Of a DNA stretch of 64,000 nucleotides, positions 1 to 13,633 are shown piece by piece. The translations under genes were made by a program, and so were the position numbers. The DNA lies in contig OX597822.1 of the NCBI GenBank assembly GCA_951406725.2, forward strand, positions 73,222,001 through 73,286,000, read 5' to 3'. The notes under the pieces were generated by a model, which was given only the letters and a program-made list of their open reading frames with translations, did no database searches and was not told the origin of the DNA. Within the stretch, counting starts at the first letter, position 1; every line of letters starts with the position of its first letter. Source of the stretch: Octopus vulgaris (taxonomy: Eukaryota).

Positions 1-236
1 TTTCAATTTTTCAACACTAGGTGAGGGTGATAAGATTTTTTTATATCACCCACCTCCTCTTTCATTTTCTCAAAAGCTCAGAGAGCTTTTCCTTTGGTAA
101 TTCGACGTTTTCAGTAGCCACCGCGGTAACTGCTGAAAATTTCTTAACTGGCACTTCCAGCGAATTTTTCTCTGAAATTATTTCGACCGACATATACGTT
201 CGAAATAAATTTATACACAATTTAAACCCAGAAAGC

Positions 237-640
237 GGGAAACCTATAATTTTTTGCTATTCTTTTCCTCTCAACGAGGACAACAGTTCAAATCCCACCC
301 CTGTTGGGTGGCGAGACGTAACAACAAAGCCTACAATGGTCGAAATTAAATTTTTCACACAATAATAAAAATACGGTATCCCAAAAACAGAAAACCTATA
401 ATAGGTTTCTTTTTTCTTTTTCTCACAACGAGGACAACAGTTCAAATCTTACCCCCGCTGGGGGCGGGGTGCCACAATATAGTCTGCAACGGCTAAAATT
501 AAATTTTTCACATGATAATAAATTGATTATCTCAAAAAACGGGAAACCTATAATATTTTTTTCCTCTTAATGAGGATAACAGTTCAAATCCCAGCCCCGC
601 TGGGGGGCGGAGCATGACAATAAAGCCTACAACGGCTTTG
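237..640 (+). repeat. ~152-bp tandem repeat, about 2.7 diverged units
   Basis: GAAAACCTATAAT...GAGGACAACAGTTCAAATC...AAATTAAATTTTTCACA recurs at ~237, ~389 and ~541. Confidence 0.75.
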
Positions 641-1022
641 ACAAGTTCAATATTTCAACAATTCACAACTGCAAAAATGGCTTTACACAAACAATATCTT
701 TCTCCCGTCACCGGGAAAAAGCACAAAAATTTTCAAAGTTTAACAGTTCAACAATTTTCAACAGTTCGAAAATGTTCAACAATAAACAGTCAAGAATTCC
801 AACAGAAAAAATAATCCAAGGTTCAACAAAACGTTTGACCCAACGCCAAAAAACACGTCAAACCACGAGGCAGGTAAGCAAGCAATTTACTACACAGCCA
901 CTCCTGCGCCTATAAACTTTTAGTAAGACCCCCTTAAGGCAGGCCCTAAGTGAGAGTGAAACCTGCATAGGATGTTCTGTTACTAATTTTAAACACTATT
1001 ACCTACTGGACCACCAAAGCAG

Positions 1023-1099
<77 letters not shown>

Positions 1100-1441
1100 A
1101 TTATGTATTTATATATACACAAATATATACAAACACACGCACACACTCATATATATATATATATAAATGCGGGAACTAATTTCTGTGTGTCAGTGTGTCA
1201 CATTCAATGACACTTCCTCGCGCTAGGATGAGAGTTATAATAGGCATAAAGACGGTGTGGGCTGTGGCGAAGACAGAGAGGGAGTAATAAGAGAAAGAGA
1301 GAGAGTAGGTCTGTGAGAGAAAGAGGGAGATTATGTACAACTTTACTGAACAGAAATTCCTGTACCCAGCATAATGAACCAACTACTGAACGCTATAAAT
1401 TTTGTTTTATATTTTGCTTTCTTTAATGCATACATATATGT

Positions 1442-1486
<45 letters not shown>

Positions 1487-1536
1487 TGTCTGTGTGTACA
1501 TACACACTAAAATATAGTTCCCCATAATTAAACATA

Positions 1537-1913
1537 TCTAATAAATGGGAATGTCAGTGTGTCAGTGTGTCACACTATTTCAACTTTACTCCTAGAGGCA
1601 GGAGCCCAACATATCATGACATTTTAGAATCAGGCTGACACTGTGAGTAAATAAAAAAAAATTCCAGGCCGAATCTGGACCTGCAATCCTGAAATCTTGG
1701 GGTTCTGTGTTTTCATTACTGCGACTGTTTTCGGCGAATTTTTTTTCACATGAATTTTAACGACGAATATGATCATCATCGAGATTTGGCTGTGAAGGAA
1801 GCAATTTCAACAAATTTTCCAAAACAGGTCAAAGATCTGCTTGTAGATCTTCCCATTTGGAGTTAGTTGCTTAAAAGCTACATACTAGACCGATAAGGCG
1901 GCTTTTAAGCTAG
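1537..1913 (+). mobile_element. Probable non-autonomous Helitron-like element
   Basis: Starts A|TC at 1537 and ends CTAG|T at 1910-1913. Inverted repeat GCTTAAAAGC (1869-1878)/GCTTTTAAGC (1901-1910) at the 3' end. A similar 5' segment (ATAAATG...TGTGTCAGTGTGTCACA) occurs at ~1163-1202. Confidence 0.5.
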
Positions 1914-2007
1914 TATATGTACTGATAATTTACAAAAACAAAAACAAAAGACGGGTGTGTAAAGAACAAACATACGTATTAGTTTAACGCTCGGGTGTGA
2001 GAAAGTT

Positions 2008-2042
2008 TTTTACGTTTCGAGCCTGCGCTCTTCGACAGAAAG
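2008..2042 (-). ncRNA. Degenerate minimal hammerhead-like motif (Penelope-type repeat)
   Basis: Minus strand reads TTT-CTGTCGA-A-GAGC gcag GCTC-GAAA-CG-TA-AAA. Stem II is perfect, but the core has A6>U. Confidence 0.45.
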
Positions 2043-2109
2043 GAACACAGAAATAAACAGGGAGAGAAAATAGAAAAACAGTATAGTGGCTAGCGCTATG
2101 TGTACATGT

Positions 2110-2162
<53 letters not shown>

Positions 2163-2184
2163 TGTGTATACACGTATGTATGTA

Positions 2185-2571
2185 TTATTCAGTTTAATTC
2201 AAGATTTCTTGCCAAACCTAGATCCAAGGTTCTTTCATTGGAATTTCAACATTAACAACGGGTATTTTTGTATGTGTATATGTATATATGTATGTATGTA
2301 TTCTTATGCGTATAGTTGCATATCTAGACATGTTCATACATATTTAAATGATAAAATTCTGGAAAGTTTTACAAATTTCTACAATTCCAGTGATGGACTG
2401 GATCTGTAGTCTTCGAATTAACGTTCTCCTTTCTGGTTTTGAGAAACCTAATTTCTCAAGATTGGTATTTAGGCAGTGTGTTACATATCCCAGGTCCCCA
2501 ATAATTACAGGTATAAACCTGAACTTGTAATCTGGATACAGCAACTGTAGATTTCTCAATAGTGCTGCATA
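2185..2571 (-). mobile_element. 3' end of an RLE-type (R4/Dong-like) non-LTR retrotransposon
   Basis: ORF 2344-2559 (LYPDYKFRFIPVIIGDLG...) resembles the C-terminus of RLE LINE ORFs. It is followed by a 3' UTR also present at ~59040-59290 (+). Confidence 0.6.
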
Positions 2572-2708
2572 GGGCTTCTTTCAGTTTCCGTCTACCAAAT
2601 CCACTGACAACGCTTTGGTCGGCCGGAGGCTATAGTAGAAGACACTTGCCCAAGGTGCCACGTAGCGGGACTGAACCTGGAACCATATGGTTTGTAAGCA
2701 AGCTACTT
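2572..2708 (-). mobile_element. tRNA-derived SINE family A, fragment
   Basis: Matches full copies at 49604-49975 and 51977-52382 (GGGCTTCTTTCAGTTTCCGTCTACCAAATCCACT...CTTGCCCAAGGTGCCAC). Confidence 0.8.
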
Positions 2709-3439
2709 TATTTCATGAAAATTCGCCATTAAGACGTTACATAGAGGGGACACACAAGGATAGACAAACATATAGGGTGAAGTTGCTTTAAAACGTTTTA
2801 AAAATTTACATTATGATAGGTAAAAATTTCTATAAAAGTTAACAAATTTAATGTTACGTAAAAGGGAAAGGAACCCAGCCATCTGGGTAGAACTTTTACT
2901 TCTTGATCCGTCATACTTACCTAGTGCCAAACATATCCAGCTTGCAAGCCACATCTTCCATCTTTTCACAAACATAAACAAGCTACTTACCATACAGCCA
3001 TTCCTACGCCTATAATTATATTGTGGCAGCGGTGGGATGCATACTACAGAAATCAGAAGCCGATCGAAACAGGGCATCAATAATTTAGGCAACGATATTA
3101 AGATTATTGTTGGCAGTCACTTCATGACTTACTCCATTACAAACGTGGCAGATATCATATATCGGGTTGCGCCGTCAAATGTTAAACACCAATAGATCTT
3201 TCGCATTATTCCAAAAATGGATAGTGACCGAAATTTGAAGTGTCTTTCATTGCTTCGTATTCATCATTTTATGTTCAACAAAGTAAGTTTACAAAACAGG
3301 AAGATACACAAGTGTAGATACGCTTGATTAAGTTTCTCGCTATAACCAAATATCTATGAATCTAGCCAATTCTTCTTATACTATTTTTTTTTGCTCCTCT
3401 TGTTTCTTCACTTCGTATACCACTTCTTTTCTATTTATC

Positions 3440-3910
3440 TGCGTCGCCATCCCCGTCTTTACTACCACCATCAGAAGCAGCAGCACCACCACCGCCACCA
3501 TCAACATCATCATCAGTAGTAGCAGCAGCATCGCACACAAATATCCTCATCAGCATCATCATCATCATCACCATCACCATCACCGCTATCAACATCATCA
3601 CCGCCTTTACCAACATCATCATCGCCATCATCATTTCCATAAACATCAGCAGCGGCAGCAGTATCATCGTCATCTTCACTGTATTCATCGTCAGCGTTGT
3701 CGTCGTCATCATCATCCCACACAAATATCCTCATCATCAACATCATCATCATTACCATTATCATCATCAACATCACCATAATCATCAACAGCATCATCAT
3801 GATCATCATGATCATCCTCATCATCATCATCACCACTGTCACCATCATCATCATTATTATCTTCTTCCTCATTGATGGTCAGAGGATTATTTTTATTATT
3901 ATTTGTTGTC
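3440..3910. repeat. Degenerate (CAT/CAC/CAG)n trinucleotide array
   Basis: Directly visible. It produces the poly-His, poly-Ser, poly-Met and poly-Asp pseudo-ORFs. Confidence 0.9.
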
Positions 3911-4056
3911 ATTATCAATATTGCAGTTTCTATGTTGTTTTTCCTCATATTGCTATGGTTGTATGTTTGAGATTGCATGAGGTCTTCAATTGTATCTGTG
4001 TACCTATACACAGTAATTCACAAGCGCACGCTCGAATTCAATACATACATAACCCC

Positions 4057-4071
4057 GTGTGTGTGCGTGCG

Positions 4072-4112
<41 letters not shown>

Positions 4113-4237
4113 CTGTGCTTACTGAGACAAAGGAGTAAACAACACGGAGCAGAAAGAGAATGACAGAAGCGCATACATCTGTATATTACACTAAGAATAT
4201 GTGTATACATATCTGTATAAATATATATATATATTTG

Positions 4238-4308
<71 letters not shown>

Positions 4309-4436
4309 GTGTGTATATATGTATATATACATATACATACTTATATGTACATGCATATATATATACACACATCTATGTCCAATCCTAAAAATGTATGTTT
4401 GAAATGTATATATATACATATATATATATATGCATA

Positions 4437-4481
<45 letters not shown>

Positions 4482-4775
4482 CATATATATACATTTACAC
4501 ACATATACATTTTATTATGTATATAATATATTATATACATATACATATATACACACACACACATAAATATATATATATACATACACACACACATATATAT
4601 TACGTGCATATACTTCTATATATGTTACCATAATAATGATATATATATGTATGCATTAATGTATGTCATATATATTATGTGTGTGTATGTGTTTAAATAT
4701 ATAAAATATATATTTAATATATATTATATATATGTATTATATGTATAAATGTATGTACGTGTGTATTATATACAC

Positions 4776-4856
<81 letters not shown>
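4057..4856. repeat. Compound (TG)n/(TA)n/(CA)n microsatellite block
   Basis: Directly visible. Similar blocks occur at ~1026-1163, 5330-5610, 6340-7005, 7470-7703, 10150-10447, 16750-17510, 23280-23720, 24460-24830 and 44500-44945. Confidence 0.95.
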
Positions 4857-4859
<3 letters not shown>

Positions 4860-5443
4860 TCTCATGTAATCTGAAAAAGTTTATGCCATAGTGTAACATC
4901 CTTTAGCTTCATCACGCTCGTATGAAATCGTTATACATAAATTCATTGAGGTCTGAAAGCCTTGCTAAGCAAATTTATTGTAAGCAAAAACATTTTTTAT
5001 ACGAGCGCAAAAAGAAACTGAAAAAATGAAATCTCTAATAAGCTAAACAGCGTCAAAAATATCGCTAGCTACGACTACAAAGGAAGGAACTGTACCAAAA
5101 AATACGATACCATTCAAAATATTTCGCAACAATCTAATGAATATATTACCATTTTTGGTCATTTAGATGCCGTTTTCATATAACTGTCTGATGATACCTC
5201 CACTCCAATACACAACCAGTTTCCATTCCCATTCCCACAGCCACGCACGTGAATACTCGAATACACAGACGCACGCGTATGCGAGTGTGAGCATGTGGCT
5301 CCCTCTCCTTTTCCTCTCTATCTCTCACTCTCTCTCTCTATCTCTATATATTTATATATCAATATATCTCTTTCACTGTATATATATATAGTGTGTATAT
5401 ATATATATATATATTGTGTTTATATATATATACATACACACAC

Positions 5444-5501
<58 letters not shown>

Positions 5502-5786
5502 GCATGCACATACATGTGCACTCAAAACACACATACAGCATACACATACACAAAAATACTCACATACAAGCAAAGACATACACACACACATATATAAACA
5601 TACATATATGTGTATATTTTGTAAATATATGTCATTTTATTTTTTGTTCTTCTACTTGCTTCAGTCATTACATTACAGCGATGCTGCAGCACTGCGTTGA
5701 AGAATTTTATTGGTACAAATCCACCGAAGTACTTTTTGTACGTCTGGTATCTACGTAAATATCGTACAGTGAAGATGAACGCTCAA

Positions 5787-5855
<69 letters not shown>

Positions 5856-5871
5856 TATATAAGCAATATTA

Positions 5872-6021
5872 AATCTCTGAGAGTGGAGTAAACAGTAGCA
5901 ACACGGAATCGTTAAGTATATTTGCCACCTAAATGTGGCGGTCCCATAGATGACGATGCTACTGTTGCTTATAACGCCATCGTCCTCTGTTGCCCCGCCA
6001 CATTTAGGTAGCAAATATATT

Positions 6022-6025
<4 letters not shown>
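5872..6025. repeat. Hairpin-forming interspersed repeat, with a second copy at 10463-10560
   Basis: AATCTCTGAG...AAACAGTAGC...AAGTATATTTGCCACCTAAATGTGG is shared with 10463-10529. Internal 25-bp inverted repeat 5917-5941/5995-6019. Confidence 0.7.
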
Positions 6026-6090
<65 letters not shown>

Positions 6091-7546
6091 ATCCAAACAT
6101 GAACAAGAAAGAAAATCAGCAACGCGAGGACGTGGAATAAGTACAGTGTTATTGGACGCTCAAGAAGGGAAGAAAAAGAAAGAGGATTTCACGTTTCAGA
6201 AATATAGAAAAAGTCCAAAGAAGGGAAGACGGAGAAAGAAAATTTCCAACGGTACACACGCGGACACATATCGAAATGACCGGAAGGGAATGGATGAAGA
6301 AAAAGTTCTTTCAAAGACAGGAGAGTGCAAGAGAAGGAGCTATGTGTGTGTATGTGTGGGTATATGCGTTCGCGCAGGTCTGTGTGTCTGTAATGATAGC
6401 ACGTGTGCCTGTGTGTGTAATGATAGCAAGTGTGTGTGTGTGTGTGTGTGATTGTGGCTGTTTTTGTATGTATGTAGTTGGGCTTAGTACCGTTTAAGGT
6501 CATAGGAAGAATTTATAGTAAGAATTTTGGTAGGAGTGGCTGCCTGTTGTGTATCTACCTACATATGTGCGTAGGAGAATGGTCAGTAGAAATGTACTGG
6601 TAGTTTGAAGTATGTGTGTGAGCGTGTATGTATATGTAGTGTGTGTGTGTGTGTTTTTGCAGTGTGTGTGTATATATATATATGTATGTGTGTGTACGTG
6701 TGGGTATGCGTGTAAGTGTGGGGTTGTGTGTGTGGCGTAATTGTACTTTACTCTGTGTATGTGTGCGTGTGTGTGTGTGCTTGTATGTGCATGTGTGTGT
6801 CTATATGTATGTATAACTGTGTGCGTGTATGTATGAGTGTGTACTGTGTGTGTATGGGAGGTATGTGTGGGTTCATCTGCGCGTGCGTGTGTGTGTATAA
6901 TTGTGTGCGTGTGTATATATGTATGCGCGTGTGAGTGTATGTGCGTGTGTACATGTGTGTGTATGTGCGTGTGTATTTCGTGTGTGTACATGTGTGTGTG
7001 TGTGTGAGCTTGTTGGTAATTAAGTAATGTGTTAGGAAATAGTTAATGGGTTGGATGTAATGCTGAAGAAGGAATGATAACTCCTGAAATATGCATATAC
7101 AAGCATTCCCTAGTTTTTCGCATTGTCCACATAGACGTATTTATGTAGGAAACGTGGTGACTTTCAGTCCTGGCGCAGTGAGCAGTGAGATACAAAGGGA
7201 ATACTTGCATATCTATTCTTAATACGTTCCGGCAGATTGCGACGTGAATATGATAATCGTTTTTGTGTTCGTTACAGGACATCAGCTTCTCTTTTACGAC
7301 GACCATCAATTCATGAACTGACTCGATACGTTGGTAACAAGGGATTCTGAGACAGCGGTGTTTTGATATAGTGTGCCTCGCAAACCAGAAACAGCAGGAT
7401 CAATGAATCTAACAAGAGTCGATGTTCTTGTTTATAATTTCACCAGAGAAAATATGTGTAGATAGAATAACATACACACACGCACACTCACACATATACT
7501 TGTATATATAAAATACGTACATATATAAAGTATATATATATATATG

Positions 7547-7705
<159 letters not shown>

Positions 7706-8535
7706 GCACTTTCGAGAACACAACCTGATTTAAACTAAAATGTGATGCAGTGTCATTGAAAGTACATCGGATTAGATATATTTTGTGTAATATATATCTA
7801 TTCGCATGTGTGTCATTGTTCGCATTACTTTATATATTAATATACTTTAGCTCTTTAATATTGACATAATTCTGTTATGTTCAAATTTTATTGAAAACTT
7901 TAAGTGAAACTTGCACGGAAATAGTCTTGCATTATCTGATGTTTATTTATTTCAGTTACATTCACGCTCAGACTCGCGTATGTATATATATTAATTTATA
8001 GGAATAAGTTTGTACAGGATGTCTCAAAAGTGTATACACAATGAAGGGTTATACAGTCGGTGTTTATTAAAATAAATTTCATTTTTGTAATCTAATAGAA
8101 TCTACAGGCATAATTTTATGAATGTCTTCTTTTAAACTGATAACCATTCTGGTCTAGGCACGGCTGGTAATGCAAAGCAATGGAATAGCAAGCGTCAAGA
8201 AGCATTGTTCGTTACTTATGTGCATTGGCGTTCAATATCCTCTCTCGATCCGTCGACTTATGTCGGTTTTATACCGTAATATTTATTTTTTATGTGTGCC
8301 CATGCAAAATGTTTTTTCTAATTCACAATTCTAAGTTTTTTACCATTGATAAACAAAAAGTATTGTTGAAACTACTTTGGTATATATGTAAATGAATTTA
8401 TTTTCAACAATTACAAGCTTTTCAAATTTAGGTACATTTTCAACAACAAATTTGCTTATATTTGTTCCCGCTTGGAAATACACTCCCGTTTTATATATAT
8501 ATATATATATATATATGTTGCACTACATATTTTAA

Positions 8536-9983
8536 CAAACGCAAAAGAAACGGTTGTTAATGCCGTTTTAATATGGTAGATTCTGAAAATTTATTTCGGG
8601 GATGTAAGACATGCTGGTTTAGGGCTGAGACCCAAATTCCAGGTAACCTTTCACCTTTCCCTGAAATGAGACGCCAAAACGCAGCTGCGTTGAATGCCGT
8701 GGATGGCGGTCGCAAACAATTTTCATGAAAACCGAAATGCAAGTGCATTTCGCGGAGGTTATCAGTATAAAAATCAACTTGAACCGTGTTCCTGACAATC
8801 ATAATTTGGATGCATCAGGTATGAATCGATTGTCAGCAGCGCAGAGAGAACAAGCTATCGGTAGATTGCAAGCAGGGCAGCGTGCCCTGGTTGCTGCGAA
8901 AGCCTACAATGTCCATGTCTGCAATATCTATCACCTGCAACAGCGATACAATATCAACAGCACTACAGACCGTGCTCACAGAGGGCGCCCGGGCAGGCCA
9001 ACTTCATCCACCAGCAACACCTCCGTGGTCGCTCCAGACCGGCCAGCGTGAGAGCTCGCGAGACCATTGGCACTGGACAGCGATCCATCAGCGCCGACAC
9101 GGTACGACTTTGTCGCCAACAACCTGTGTTGCCGTCGTCCTGCTCGAGGGCCTTTCCTCGCAGCCCGCCACCGTCAGACACGACAAAAGTGTGCTACACA
9201 GCACCGATATAGACAACATCAACAATGGAGGTCGATAGTCTTCTCTGACAACAGCCGGTACTGCGTTTCCACCTCGGATAGCAAAGTGAGGTGGCGTATG
9301 AGGGATGAACGCTATAAAGACGCATGTATCATGGAGAGAGATGCGTTTGGAGTTCTATAGTCCTGAATCAGAGAATTGGGCCCATGTGTTCCAAAATTTG
9401 GTACAGGCAGAGAGAATGGCATCACATCGCAGTACTACGTTGACCAGATCATAAGACCTCACATCGTGCTCTTCTTTGCACGTCACCATAACCACGTGTT
9501 CCAGCAAGACAATACTCCCTCCCACACGGCCATGGTCACCATGGACTTCTTGCGTTAGCACAACATCAGCCCAGATTTGAACCCAACTGAACACACCTGT
9601 AGGATGAAATCTAGAGGCAACTGAACCAGGCGGTCCGAAAGCCAACAACTCGTGTGGAATTGGAGACAGATTTCCTCAGGGTATGGGCACACGTGTCAAT
9701 GGCTTTTGTGAACCGCCTCCTGCACTCCATGTACTGACGGTGTATGATCGTTTTGAACACCCAAGGAGGGCATACACGGTATTGAACATATCACACCCTA
9801 CAATCTTGATATTCTGGATCCGCCCACTACCAGCCAGAACACATGACAACGACCCATAAACTGTGGTCAAAGTGCATCTTAGAACCTGACTTTATCAGAT
9901 TTATCAAAATTTATCTCTGACATAATGAAACTGAAACATATTTCACAGTCACACGCGTGTCTAGTTTCTTTTGTGGTTTAGTG
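8536..9983 (+). mobile_element. Decayed Tc1-like DNA transposon
   Basis: Transposase pieces across frames: MNRLSAAQREQAIGRLQAG (HTH, from 8821), WRSIVFSDNSRY, FQQDNTPSHTA and SPDLNPTEH. Partial TIRs CAAACGCAAAAGAAAC (8536-8551)/GTTTCTTTTGTGGTTTAGTG (9964-9983). Confidence 0.85.
8821..9790 (+). pseudogene. Tc1 DDE transposase pseudogene with frameshifts, stops and deletions
   Basis: ORFs 8725-9051, 9067-9360 and 9376-9558 carry consecutive Tc1 motifs in broken frames. Confidence 0.85.
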
Positions 9984-10395
9984 TGTGTATATCGCGTAAC
10001 ATATCACGTGCTACTGCGCTTTAGAAATCTACAGTTACACTGGCCACATTCAAAGACTACTTACAAAACAAAGTTAACCTCTAGGGTAAATATCAAAACT
10101 GACACCACACGTCAGCTGTCAACAATTTCAGGACTGTCAGAATTTCTGTGTTCGTATGATTGTGTATGTATGCGTAAGAGTATGTTTGTCTTTGCATATA
10201 CATGTATACACACACACACACATGTGCATATACAAGTGTGTGTGTATATGTGTGTGTACGTATGCATGTATCTATGAATGTCTGCATCTATATGTACACG
10301 CACTTACATGTACACACACGTGCGCAAACTCACATACACACACACATATATTTATACATACCTATAGAAGTTTGTGTTTATGTATGTTTATACAT

Positions 10396-10450
<55 letters not shown>

Positions 10451-10670
10451 ATTGGCAATAACAAATCTCTGAGCGAGCATAAACAGTAGCCGCACGACAT
10501 CGTGAAGTATATTTGCCACCTAAATGTGGTTAACCCTTAAAGGTTGATGCTACTGTAGCTTGTAGCCCCAGGAAGACATCTCCTCCAGCTAGCTATTGAC
10601 ACACTATCTGTGTCCTATCAGTATTTGCAAAGAGAAGTCATCTTTCCCATCTCCAGCTTGATGTGATACA

Positions 10671-10711
10671 CACGGACCCGGGTTTCTGACTAGTAACCCG
10701 TCATCAGCTAG
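10671..10711 (-). ncRNA. Degenerate hammerhead-like motif
   Basis: Minus strand reads CTGATGA-cgggttactagtca-GAAA-CCCGGG-TC: intact core, palindromic stem III and GTC triplet. Stems I and II pair poorly. Confidence 0.4.
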
Positions 10712-11777
10712 TTTCAGGGTTATTACCCCGTATCAAAACAGAATAGCTGCTTGACCAAAGAGTGTTGCCGAATTCACGGTTCAAATATATAGATTTCAAA
10801 GTGACATACAGTCACTGATTTTTAAAAAAATGAAATATTATTATTTCTAAATCTCTCAGAGACAGACATTCAGTAACAGTTCTTTAAAGTAAAGGTTATT
10901 TGCCAACATAATATGGCTGTCCTGTAAGGGACGTTGTAACTGTTCTTTACTTTAAAGAACCATGCCAACAAAATTACTTCATTTAAAAAGAAATTATACC
11001 GGTATATTAAATAATTTTCATTTTATCAAAAATATTCATTTAACAAAATCCGGAAAAGGATTATACGCTTGAAACTGTGTCTTGTACCAAAGTTATATAG
11101 CTATTGTTAAATTATCATTAATGAAAATAAAGGCGAACGAGAATGAGTGACAGTTGCAAATAAAAAACAAAACGTTGCCTGCAACGAATAAATAATGTTT
11201 ATTATCAGACATTAAAATCTACTCCGCAGTGAATGCAATGAATATTTAAATTTATCAAGAATTGAATGCAGTGAATGCAATGAATATTTATATTTGTGAG
11301 AATTTGGAGTTTAAAAAAATTCAATTCACTTCAGAAATCGAACTTATAGTAAATTTCTCAGAACATCAAATCATAAAAATATTTCCAGACGGTACGGTCA
11401 AGCTTTTAATATTGCTTTCTTTTAGTTCTTTTAGTAATCGTTACATACCTAATTAATAAGCAGCTTTCTCCATTATACTATATATATATATATAAAACAA
11501 ACACATACACATTATATAAGTATAGGTATATGCCTATATATTTTTGTATATATACATGTGTGTGTGTGTATGTGGCTGCGCCCCCACCACGGTCATATGA
11601 TTTCGACTGGAACAAATAAGTGAATAACGGTATATATATATATATATATATATATAATTATTATTTGAGGGAATAAAATTTTAATTGTTATTTTAATTTT
11701 AACTTTTCTATTATATGTAATTTTCTAGATAGTGTAATTTAATTATTCATTTTGAATTGCTAAAAGGTGTTTTTTTC

Positions 11778-11848
<71 letters not shown>

Positions 11849-12873
11849 GTATGTATGTATGTATATGTATGTATGTATACATGCGGCCAGTTATGCATGC
11901 ATCCATACATACAGATAAACTGCGCTAGTGTTTATGAGCTTTACTTCAATTGATGTACTTTTGTCGCTTTGTACATGTCCCCCTTTCTCTGTCTCTGTCT
12001 CTCCCGCTCTTTCTCTCACTTTTACCTTCTCTCTCTTTCACTTTCTCTCTCTCCCTCTTTTTCTCACTCTTTCTCTCATCGACAGTGTATGGTTATATGC
12101 CTGCGATTCTGTGTATAACAGTGAGTGTCTTTGGACACAATGCTCAGATGCGCTGAAGTCCAATATCTATTCACGAGGCGCACAGAGTCGCCTTATCTAA
12201 CCCCTTAGTTTTCTTATACCGCATTTTCTTTTTTGTTTTCACCAATTTTGTGTTAATATTCCATAAACCATTGCTGTGAAGTCCATTTTGCAACATGAAA
12301 CGTATTCCATAATGCAATATGCCATCTTCAATCAGATGCAATGTTCTGGATACGATTTCTATGCATGATTCTATTAATATGTATATATGTATTTTTATAT
12401 GTGTATGTTAATACCTGTGTGTTTATATACCTCCTTGTATGTATTTCCTTTCGTACGCTTGCCTGCGTAAATGTGTATGCGTTTGTGTGTGTGTGTATTT
12501 TGTGTGCGTGTATTCTATTTGTGTGTGTGTTAATTTTTGTACTTGTGTGTGTTTAATTTTTGTACATGTGTGTGTGTTTGTATTTATTTGTGCGCGCGTG
12601 TGTATGTGTGTGTGTGTGTGTGTCTATGTGTGTGTCCGTGTGTGTGTGTCCGCATGTGTGTATTGCAGTATGTTTGATGTAAATGCATGGTGAACCCCTT
12701 TACGGCAATGAATAATTTGGCTATTCGACCGATTCGGATATATTGACTAATCACAAACACCGCTTTGCGCTTCCCTCCTACTTCCCCAACACCGTGGCAC
12801 AGTGTTCGGGCATGCTAAACCACTACCCACCAATGGACCAACCGAAGTTCGTGCGACATGGAAAACTCTAGAA

Positions 12874-13263
12874 CAGTAGTTCCCAACCGTTTTATATCTA
12901 TGGTCCTCTTTGATCACTGTTTTATTCTGGTGGAACCCGAATAGCCATTCGGTGTTTAAAAACCTACCTTCTAGAAACTGCTTTTAAAACTTCTATTTTG
13001 TTTTTCACACCTTCACATGTATAGGTTTGCAATATAATTCTCAAACTCTCTGAGGCAACATGTTTTAGTGTCCTGAAACATGTTGGACCATGCAAAGTGA
13101 CAGAGGAAGACATCTTGCAATAAATACATCTAAAGCGAAATGTTTTCATGGACCCTTAGAATACTTCTTTGGATCTCCAATTTTCTATTTTGCTTGCATG
13201 GTCACCCTCGCCCCAATCTTAGGTTGACCCAGGAGGCACATGGCACTTTGCCGAGAAGCACTG
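12874..13263. mobile_element. Old hAT (Buster/MER5-like) MITE
   Basis: Termini CAGTAGTTCCCAACC ... GAGAAGCACTG. Flanks CTCTAGAA/CTTTAGGC resemble a decayed 8-bp TSD. Confidence 0.5.
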
Positions 13264-13633
13264 CTTTAGGCAGAGTCAATGTAGAAGCTGTCGTATGTAC
13301 TTCACGATGTTCGCCTTACCGCACATTATGACACTGATTCTTCATGCTTTATTTTAAGAGAATAATTTTCTGTAAAATATTCATCCCTATAATCGTTTAT
13401 ATGGCGTGAAGATATATTTTCATGCCATATCTATCTTATATACGCTAAGTCCTACGTTTTACGTTTAAATTTTTAGTTATATATTTTAGTTATATATTTA
13501 TTTTTAGAAATATTGCTAAATGCTTTTCGATTATTCATAGTTAATACATGTATTTTTTTATACATTTATTTGATAATTAATATAAGTTAAGATAAATACA
13601 TTTATTCGATTATCATTTTTTATTTATTGCATT

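Noticed and set aside
3356-4125. His-rich, Met-rich and Asp-rich ORFs
   Set aside because: All frames are translations of a degenerate (CAT)n array.
6110-6320. Possible Penelope-type terminal repeat with hammerhead
   Set aside because: Only ACGTTTC-AGAAA remains around 6191-6203. Core and stem II are absent, so no ribozyme can be supported.
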